The translations under genes and the position numbers were made by a program. From Eledone cirrhosa (lineage: Eukaryota), in the NCBI GenBank assembly GCA_964016885.1, contig OZ024742.1, positions 163,494,001 through 163,558,000 of the forward strand: a DNA stretch of 64,000 nucleotides. The letters are read 5' to 3'. This document shows positions 54,630 through 64,000 of the stretch, in pieces; within the stretch, counting starts at the first letter, position 1; every line of letters begins with the position of its first letter. The notes under the pieces were generated by a model. That model did not search any database, was not told the origin of the DNA, and saw only the letters and a program-made list of their open reading frames with translations.

Positions 54630-57545
54630 TTTACAAATTATCTCCCCCTGATTTTTTTTTACAAATTATCTCCCCCTGATTTTTTTTTACAAATTATCTC
54701 CCCCTGATTTTTTTTACAATCTCCGCCTGATTTTTTTAAAAATTATCTTTCCTTGGCTGGCGGGAAATTATCTCCCCTTGGACGGCTGGAAATTATATCG
54801 CCTTGGAAGGATGGAAATTATCTCCCCTTGGACGGCTGGAAATTATCTCCCCTTGGACGGCTGGAAATTATCTGCCCTTGATTTTGTTTTTACAAATTAT
54901 CTCCCCCTGATTTTTTTTACAAATTATCTCCACCTGATTTTTTAAAAAATCATCTCCCCTTGGACGGCTGGAAATTATCTCCCCTTGATTTTTTTTACAA
55001 ATTATCTCCCCCTGATTTTTTTTTACAAATTATCTCCCCCTGATTTTTTTTTACAAATTATCTTCGCCTGATTTTTTAAAAAAATTATCTCTCCTTGGAC
55101 GGCTGGATATTATCTCCCCTTTCATTTTTTTTACAAATTATCTCCCCCTGATATTTTTTTACAAATTATCTCCCCCTGATTTTTTTTTACAAATTATCTA
55201 CCCCTGATTTTTTTTTACAAATTATCTCCCCCTGATTTTTTTTACAAATTATCTCCCCCTGATTTTTTTACAAATTATCTCCCCCTGATTTTTTTTACAA
55301 ATTATCTCCGCCTGATTTTTTTAAATATTATCTTCCCTTGGCTGGCGGGAAATTATCTCCCCTTGGACGGCTGAAAATTATCTCCCCTTGGACGGCTGGA
55401 AATTATCTCCCCTTGATTTTTTTTACAAATTATCTCCCCCTGATTTTTTTTTACAAATTATCTCCCCCTGATTTTTTTTTACAAATTATCTCCCCCTGAT
55501 TTTTTTTTACAAATTATCTCCCCCTGATTTTTTTTACAAATTATCTCCCCATGATTTTTTTACAAATTATCTCCCCTTGGCTGGCTGGAAATTATCTCCC
55601 CTTGGAGGCTGGAATTTATCTCCCCTTAGACGGCTAGAAATTACCTCTCCTTGGACGGCTGGAAAATATGTCTCCTTGGACGGCTGGATATTATCTACCC
55701 TTGGACGGCTGGAAATTATCTCCCCTTGGACGGCTGGAAATTATCTCCCCTTGGACGGCTAGATATTACCTCCCCTTGGACGGCTGGAAATTATCTCCCC
55801 TTGATTTTTTTTACAAATTATCTCCCCCTGATTTTTTTTACAAATTATCTCCCCCTGATTTTTTTACAAATTATCTCTCCCTGATTTTTTTTACAAATTA
55901 TCTCCGCCTAATTTTTTTAAATATTATCTTCCCTTGGCTGGCGGGAAATTATCTCCCCTTGGACGGCTGAAAATTATCTCCCCTTGGACGGCTGGAAATT
56001 ATCTCCCCTTGATTTTTTTTACAAATTATCTCCCCCTGATTATTTTTTACAAATTATCTCTCCCTGATTTTTTTTTACAAATTATCTCCCCCTGATTTTT
56101 TTTACAAATTATCTCCCCCTGATCTTTTTACAAATTATCTCCCCTTGGCTGGCTGGAAATTATCTCCCCTTGGAGGCTGGAATTTATCTCCCCTTGGACG
56201 GCTAGAAATTACCTCTCCTTGGACGGCTGGAAAATATGTCTCCTTGGACGGCTGGAAATTATCTCCCCTTGGACGGCTGGAAATTATCTCCCCTTGGACG
56301 GCTGGAAATTATCTCCCCTTGATTTTTGTTACAAATTATCTCACCCTGATTTTTTTTTACAAATTATCTGCCCCTGATTTTTTTTTACAAATTATCTCCC
56401 CCTGATATTTTTTACAAATTATCTCCCCCTGATTTTTTTACAAATTATCTCCCCTTGGCTGGCTGGAAATTATCTCCCCTTGGAGGCTGGAATTTATCTC
56501 CCCTTGGACGGCTAGAAATTACCTCTCCTTGGACGGCTAGAAAATATGTCTCCTTGGACGGCTGGAAATTATCTCCCCTTGGACGGCTGGAAATTATCTC
56601 CTCTTGGACGGCTGGAAATTATCTCCCCTTGGGCGGCGAGATATTACCTCCCCTTGGACGGCTGGAAATTTTCTCCCCTTGATTTTTTTTACAAATTATC
56701 TCCCCCTGATTTTTTTTACAAATTATCTCCCCCTGATTTTTTTTTACGAATTATCTCCGCCTGATTTTTTTTTAAAATGATCTCCCCTTGGACGGCTGGA
56801 AATTATCTCCCCTTGGACGGCTGGAAATTATCTCCCCTTGGACGGCTAGAAATTACCTCTCCTTGGACGGCTGAAAATTATCTCCCCTTGGACGGCTGCA
56901 AATTATCTCCCCTTGATTTTTTTAACAAATTATCTCCCCCTGATTTTTTTTACAAATTATCTCCCCCTGATTTTTTTTACAAATTATCTACGCCTAATTT
57001 TTTTTACAAATTATCTCCCCCTGATTTTTTTTTACAAATTATCTCCCCCTGATTTTTTTTTACAAATTATCTCCCCCTGATTTTTTTTTACAAATTATCT
57101 CCCCCCTGATTTTTTTTACAATCTCCGCCTGATTTTTTAAAAAATTATCTTCCCTTGGCTGGCGGGAAATTATCTCCCCTTGGACGGCTGGAAATTATAT
57201 CCCCTTGGAAGGATGGAAATTATCTCCCCTTGGACGGCTGGAAATTATCTCCCCTTGGACGGCTGGAAATTATCTCCCCTTGGACAGCTGGAAATTATCT
57301 GCCCTTGATTTTGTTTTTACAAATTATCTCCCCCTGATTTTTTTTTACAAATTATCTCCCCCTGATTTTTTTTTTACAAATTATCTCCCCCTGATTTTTT
57401 TACAAATTATCTCCCCCTGATTTTTTTTACAAATTATCTCCGCCTGATTTTTTTAAATATTATCTTCCCTTGGCTGGCGGGAAATTATCTCCCCTTGGAC
57501 GGCTGAAAATTATCTCCCCTTGGACGGCTGGAAATTATCTCCCCC
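54630..57545 (+). repeat. Copy of ~8330-11245 (offset ~46,300 bp)
   Basis: Offsets 9277->55577, 9845->56145 and 10855->57155 equal 46300. The private variants TATATCGCCTTGGAAGG and GATCTTTTTAC are shared. Confidence 0.9.
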
Positions 57546-60500
57546 TGATTTTTTTTTACAAATTATCTCCCCCTGATTTTTTTTTACAAATTATCTCCCC
57601 CTGATTTTTTTTACAAATTATCTCCCCCTGATTTTTTTACAAATTATCTCCCCTTGGCTGGCTGGAAATTATCTCCCCTTGGAGGCTGGAATTTATCTCC
57701 CCTTGGACGGCTAGAAATTACCTCTCCTTGGACGGCTGGAAAATATGTCTCCTTGGACGGCTGGATAATATCTACCCTTGGACGGCTGGAAATTATCTCC
57801 CCTTGGACGGCTGGAAATTATCTCCCCTTGGACGGCTAGATATTACCTCCCCTTGGACGGCTGGAAATTATCTCCCCTTGATTTTTTTTACAAATTATCT
57901 CCCCCTGATTTTTTTTACAAATTATCTCCACCTGATTTTTTTACAAATTATCTCCCCCTGATTTTTTTTACAAATTATCTCCGCCTAATTTTTTAAATAT
58001 TATCTTCCCTTGGCTGGCGGGAAATTATCTCCCCTTGGACGGCTGAAAATTATCTCCCCTTGGACGGCTGGAAATTATCTCCCCTTGATTTTTTTTACAA
58101 ATTATCTCCCCCTGATTTTTTTTTACAAATTATCTCCCCCTGATTTTTTTTACAAATTATCTCCCCCTGATTTTTTATTACAAATTATCTCCCACTGATT
58201 TTTTTACAAATTATCTCCCCTTGGCTGGCTGGAAATTATCTCCCCCTGATTTTTTTACAAATTATCTCCCCCTGATTTTTTTTTACAAATTATCTCCCCC
58301 TGATTTTTTTACAAATTATCTCCCCCTGATTTTTTATTACAAATTATCCCCCCCTGATTTTTTTACAAATTATCTCCCCTTGGCTGGCTGGAAATTATCT
58401 CCCCTTGGAGGCTGGAATTTATCTCCCCTTGGACGGCTAGAAATTACCTCTCCTTGGACGGCTGGAAAATATGTCTACTTGGACGGCTGGATATTATCTC
58501 CCCTTGGACGGCTGGAAATTATCTCCCCTTGGACGGCTAGATATTACCTCCCCTTGGACGGCTGGAAATTATCTCCCCTTGATTTTTTTTACAAATTATC
58601 TCCCCCTGATTTTTTTTACAAATCTCCCAATGATTTTTTTAAAAAAATTATCTCCCCTTCGCTGGCTGGAAATTATCTCCCCTTGGAGGCTGGAAATTAT
58701 AGCCCCTTGGAGGGCTGGAAATTATCTTCCCTTGGACGGCTGGAAATTATCTCCCCCTGATTTTTTTACAAATTATCTCCCCCTGATTTTTTTTTTACAA
58801 ATTATCTCCCCTTGATTTTTTAACAAATTATCTCCCCCTGATTTTTTTTACAAATTATCTCCCCCTGATTTTTTTACAAATTATCTCCCCCTGATTTTTT
58901 TACAAATTATCTCCCCTTGGACGGCTGAAAATTATCTCCCCTTGGACGGCTGGAAATTATCTCCCCTTGATTTTTTTACAAATTATCTCCCCCTGATTTT
59001 TTTTTACAAATTATCTCCCCCTGATTTTTTTTTACAAATTATCTCCCCCTGATTTTTTTTTACAAATTATCTCCCCCTGATTTTTTTTACAAATTATCCC
59101 CCCCTGATTTTTTTACAAATTATCTCCCCTTGGCTGGCTGGAAATTATCTCCCCTTGGAGGCTGGAATTTATCTCCCCTTGGACGGCTAGAAATTACCTC
59201 TCCTTGGACGGCTGGAAAATATGTCCTTGGATGGCTGGATATTATCTAACCTTGGACGGCTGGAAATTATCTCCCCTTGGACGGCTGGAAATTATCTCCC
59301 CTTGGACGGCTAGATATTACCTCCCCTTGGACGGCTGGAAATTATCTCCCCTTGATTTTTTTTACAAATTATCTCCCCCTGATTTTTTTTTACAAATCTC
59401 CTAATGATTTTTAAAAAAAAATTATCTCCCCTTCGCTGGCTGGAAATTATCTCCCCTTGGACGCTGGAAATTATAGCCCTTTGGAGGGCTGGAAATTATC
59501 TTCCCTTGGACGGCTGGAAATTATCTCCCCTTGATTTTTTTTACAAATTGTCTACCCCTGATTTTTTTTTACAAATTATCTCCCCCTGATTTTTTTTACA
59601 AATTATCTCCCCCTGATTTTTTTACAAATTATCTCCCCCTGATTTTTTTACAAATTATCTCCCCCTGATTTTTTTTACAAATTATCTCCGCCTAATTTTT
59701 TTAAATATTATCTTTCCTTGGCTGGCGGGAAATTATCTCCCCTTGGACGGCTGAAAATTATCTCCCCTTGGACGGCTGGAAATTATCTCCCCTTGATTTT
59801 TTTTACAAATAATCTCCCCCTGATTATTTTTTACAAATTATCTCCCCCTGATTTTTTTTTACAAATTATCTCCCCCTGATTTTTTTTTACAAATTATCTC
59901 CCCCTGATATTTTTTACAAATTATCTCCCCCTGATTTTTTTACAAATTATCTCCCCTTGGCTGGCTGGAAATTATCTCCCCTTGGAGGCTGGAATTTATC
60001 TCCCCTTGGACGGCTGGAAATTATCTCCCCTTGGACGGCTGGAAATTATCTCCCCTTGGACGGCTAGAAATTACCTCTCCTTGGACGGCTGAAAATTATC
60101 TCCCCTTGGACGGCTGCAAATTATCTCCCCTTGATTTTTTTAACAAATTATCTCCCCCTGATTTTTTTTACAAATTATCTCCCCCTGATTTTTTTTACAA
60201 ATTATCTACGCCTAATTTTTTTTACAAATTATCTCCCCCTGATTTTTTTTTACAAATTATCTCCTCCTGATTTTTTTTTACAAATTATCTCCCCCTGATT
60301 TTGTTTTACAAATTATCTCCCCACTGATTTTTTTTACAATCTCCGCCTGATTTTTTTAAAAATTATCTTCCCTTGGATGGCGGGTAATTATCTCCCCTTG
60401 GACGGCTGGAAATTATATCCCCTTGGAAGGATGGAAATTATCTCCCCTTGGACGGCTGGAAATTATCTCCTCTTGGACGGCTGGAAATTATCTCCCCTTG

Positions 60501-61184
60501 GACAGCTGGAAATTATCTGCCCTTGATTTTGTTTTTACAAATTATCTCCCCCTGATTTTTTTTTACAAATTATCTCCCCCTGATTTTTTTTTTACAAATT
60601 ATCTCCCCCTGATTTTTTTACAAATTATCTCCCCCTGATTTTTTTTACAAATTATCTCCGCCTGATTTTTTTTTTAAAATGATCTCCCCTTGGACGGCTG
60701 GAAATTATCTCCCCTTGGGCGGCTGGAAATTATCTCCCCTTGGACGGCTAGAAATTACCTCTCCTTGGACGGCTGAAAATTATCTCCCCTTGGACGGCTG
60801 TAAATTATCTCCCCTTGATTTTTTTAACAAATTATCTCCCCCTGATTTTTTTTACAAATTATCTCCCCCTGATTTTTTTTTACAAATTATCTACGCCTAA
60901 TTTTTTTTACAAATTATCTCCCCTTGATTTTTTTTTACAAATTATCTCCCCCTGATTTTTTTTACAAATTATCTCCCCCTGATTTTTTTTTACAAATTAT
61001 CTCCCCCCTGATTTTTTTTACAATCTCCGCCTGATTTTTTTAAAAATTATCTTCCCTTGGCTGGCGGGAAATTATCTCCCCTTGGACGGCTGGAAATTAT
61101 ATCCCCTTGGAAGGATGGAAATTATCTCCCCTTGGACGGCTGGAAATTATCTCCCCTTGGACGGCTGGAAATTATCTCCCCTTG

Positions 61185-64000
61185 GACAGCTGGAAATTAT
61201 CTGCCCTTGATTTTGTTTTTACAAATTATCTCCCCCTGATTTTTTTTACAAATTATCTCCACCTGATTTTTTAAAAAATTATCTCCCCTTGGACGGCAGT
61301 AAATTATCTCTCCTTGGCTGGAAATTATCTCCCCTTGGACGGCTGGAAATTATCTCTATTTGGACGGCTGGAAATTATCTCCCTTTGATTTTTTTTACAA
61401 ATTATCTCCCCCTGATTTTTTTTTAAAATTATCTCTCCTTGGACGGCTGGAAATTATCTCCCCTTGATTTTTTTTACAAATTATCTACCCCTGATTTTTT
61501 TTACAAATTATCTCCCCCTGATTTTTTTTTACAAATTATCTACCCCTGATTTTTTTTTACAAATTATCTCCCCCTGATTTTTTTTACAAATTATCTCCCC
61601 CTGATTTTTTTACAAATTATCTCCCCCTGATTTTTTTTACAAATTATCTCCGCCTAATTTTTTTAAATATTATCTTGCCTTGGCTGGCGGGAAATTATCT
61701 CCCCTTGGACGGCTGAAAATTATCTCCCCTTGGACGGCTGGAAATTATCTCCCCTTGGAGGCTGGAATTTATCTCCCCTTGGACGGCAAGAAATTACCTC
61801 TCCTTGGACGGCTGGAAAATATGTCTCCTTGGACGGCTAGAAATTATCTCCCCTTGGACGGCTGGAAATTATCTCCCCTTGGACGGCTGGAAATTATCTC
61901 TCCTCGGACGGCTAGAAATTACCTCTCCTTGGACCGCTGAAAATTATCTCCCCTTGGACGGCTGGAAATTATCTCCCCTTGATTTTTTTTACAAATTATC
62001 TCCCCTGATTTTTTTTTACAAATTATCTCCCCCTGATATTTTTTACAAATTATCTCCCCCTGATTTTTTTACAAATTATCTCCCCTTGGCTGGCTGGAAA
62101 TTATCTCCCCTTGGAGGCTGGAATTTATCTCCCCTTGGACGGCTAGAAATTACCTCGCCTTGGACGGCTGGAAAATATGTCTCCTTGGACGGCTGGAAAT
62201 TATCTCTTCTTGGACGGCTGGAAATTATCTCCCCTTGGACGGCTAGATATTACCTCCCCTTGGACGGCTGGAAATTATCTCCCCTTGATTTTTTTTACAA
62301 ATTAGCTCCCCCTGATTTTTTTTTACAAATTATCTCCCCCTGATTTTTTTTTACGAATTATCTCCCCCTGATTTTTTTTTACAAATTATCTCCGCCTGAT
62401 TTTTTTTTTTAAATTATCTCCCCTTGGACGGCTGGAAATCATCTCCCCTTGGACGGCTAGAAGTTACCTCTCCTTGGACGGCTGAAAATTATCTCCCCTT
62501 GGACGGCTGCAAATTATCTCCCCTTGATTTTTTTAACAAATTATCTCCCCCTGATTTTTTCTTACAAATTATCTCCCCCTGATTTTTATTTACAAATTAT
62601 CTACGCCTAATTTTTTTTACAAATTATCTCCCCCTGATTTTTTTTTACAAATTATCTCCCCCTGACTTTTTTTTACAAATTATCTCCCCCTGATTTTTTT
62701 ACAAATTATCTCCCCCCTGATTTTTATTACAATCTCCGCCTGATTTTTTAAAAAATTATCTTCCCTTGGCTGGCGGGAAATTATCTCCCCTTGGACGGCT
62801 GGAAATTATATCCCCTTGGAAGGATGGAAATTAACTCCCCTTGGACGGCTGGAAATTATCTCCCCTTGGACGGCTGGAAATTATCTCCCCTTGGACAGCT
62901 GGAAATTATCTGCCCTTGATTTTGTTTTTACAAATTATCTCCCCCTGATTTTTTTTACAAATTATCTCCACCTGATTTTTAAAAAAATTATCTCCCCTTG
63001 GACGGCTGGAAATTATCTCCCCTTGGCTGGAAATTATCTCCCCTTGGACGGCTAGAAATTATCTCTCTTTGGACGGCTGGAAATTATCTCCCCTTCGCTG
63101 GCTGGAAATTATCTCCCCTTGGACGCTGGAAATTATAGCCCCTTGGAGGGCTGGAAATTATCTTCCCTTGGACGGCTGGAAATTATCTCCCCTTGATTTT
63201 TTTTACAAATTATCTCCCCCTGATTTTTTTTACAAATTATCTCCCCCTGATTTTTTTTTACAAATTATCTCCCCCTGATTTTTTTTTACAAATTATCTCC
63301 GCCTGATTTTTTAAAAAAATTATCTCCCCCTGATTTTTTTTTACAAATTATCTCCCCCTGATTTTTTTTCTACAAATTATCTCCCCCTGATTTTTTTACA
63401 AATTATCTCCCCCTGATTTTTTTTACAATATCCGCCCGATTTTTTTAAAAATTATCTTCCCTTGGCTGGCGGGAAATTATCTCCCCTTGGACGGCTGGAA
63501 ATTATCTCCCCTTGGAAGGATGGAAATTATCTCCCCTTGGACGGCTGGAAATTATCTCCCCTTGCACGGCTGGAAATTATCTCCCCTTGGACAGCTGGAA
63601 ATTATCTGCCCTTGATTTTGTTTTTACAAATTATCTCCACCTGATTTTTTAAAAAATTATCTCCCCTTGGACGGCTGGAAATTATCTCCCCTTGGACGGC
63701 TAGAAATTATCTCTCTTTGGACGGCTGGAAATTATCTCCCTTTGATTTTTTTTACAAATTTCCCCCTGATTTTTAAAAAAAAATTATCTCCCCTTCGCTG
63801 GCTGGAAATTATCTCCCCTTGGACACTGGAAATTATAGCCCCTTGGAGGGCTGGAAATTATCTTCCCTTGGACGGCTGGAAATTATCTCCCCTTGATTTT
63901 TTTTACAAATAATCTCCCCCTGATTTTTTTTTACAAATTATCTCCCCCTGATTTTTTTTTACAAATTATCTCCGCCTGATTTTTTTTTAAAATTATCTCT
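61185..64000 (+). repeat. Copy of ~11450-14245 (offset ~49,731-49,758 bp)
   Basis: Offsets 11949->61680, 13058->62816 and 13911->63667. The private variants TCTTGCCTTGG, AGAAGTTACC, CTGACTTT and AATTAACTCC are shared. Confidence 0.9.

Larger units (their letters stand above)
1..64000. repeat. Composite satellite DNA array of two 25-29 bp monomer types sharing the core AAATTATCTCCCC; runs off both ends of the window
   Basis: The core (or a 1-4 nt variant) recurs every 21-29 bp from base 1 to base 64000, always in the same orientation. No non-repeat sequence was seen. Confidence 0.99.

Noticed and set aside
41-63912. All ORFs in the supplied track (60-215 aa) as protein-coding genes, including a superficial leucine-rich-repeat look
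   Set aside because: They are translations of the satellite. The same peptide appears in overlapping frames, most starts are TTG from CCTTGG, T-tract length changes shift frames freely, and no non-repeat domain is present.
1-64000. CRISPR array (constant repeat plus variable spacer)
   Set aside because: The constant part is only 13 bp, the intervening sequences are 12-16 bp and fall into two repeated classes rather than unique spacers, and there is no leader or cas gene.
1-64000. Telomerase-synthesised long telomeric repeat (such as the 25-bp yeast type)
   Set aside because: I do not recognise a match to known telomere units. Inherited multi-kb duplications and ordered variants point to recombinational amplification rather than templated addition.
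1-64000. Plasmid iterons, viral origin repeats or integron attC array
   Set aside because: There is no rep or integrase gene and no cassette ORFs, and the scale (thousands of units) far exceeds such elements.

Overview
The whole 64-kb window is one uninterrupted, single-orientation tandem-repeat (satellite-type) array of roughly 2,400-2,500 short monomers (64,000 bp divided by about 26 bp). I see no unique sequence, gene, RNA gene, transposon or inversion. Two monomer types share a 13-bp core, AAATTATCTCCCC. Type A is core + TTGGACGGCTGG (25 bp, GC-rich). Type B is core + CTGA-T(7-10)-AC (26-29 bp, T-tract). They alternate in runs. The runs are built from about five stereotyped variant cassettes with type-specific junctions, and the cassettes are in turn copied in nested near-identical duplications (offsets about 1.07, 1.3, 2.0, 2.25, 3.5, 6.9-7.3, 7.77, 17.13 and 46.3-49.8 kb). 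All listed ORFs are artefacts: type A has no stop codon in any + frame, and every monomer carries TAA on the - strand. The organism and chromosomal role (centromeric, subtelomeric or heterochromatic) cannot be determined from the sequence alone. Duplication boundaries were estimated by eye and from ORF-track offsets, so they are approximate.
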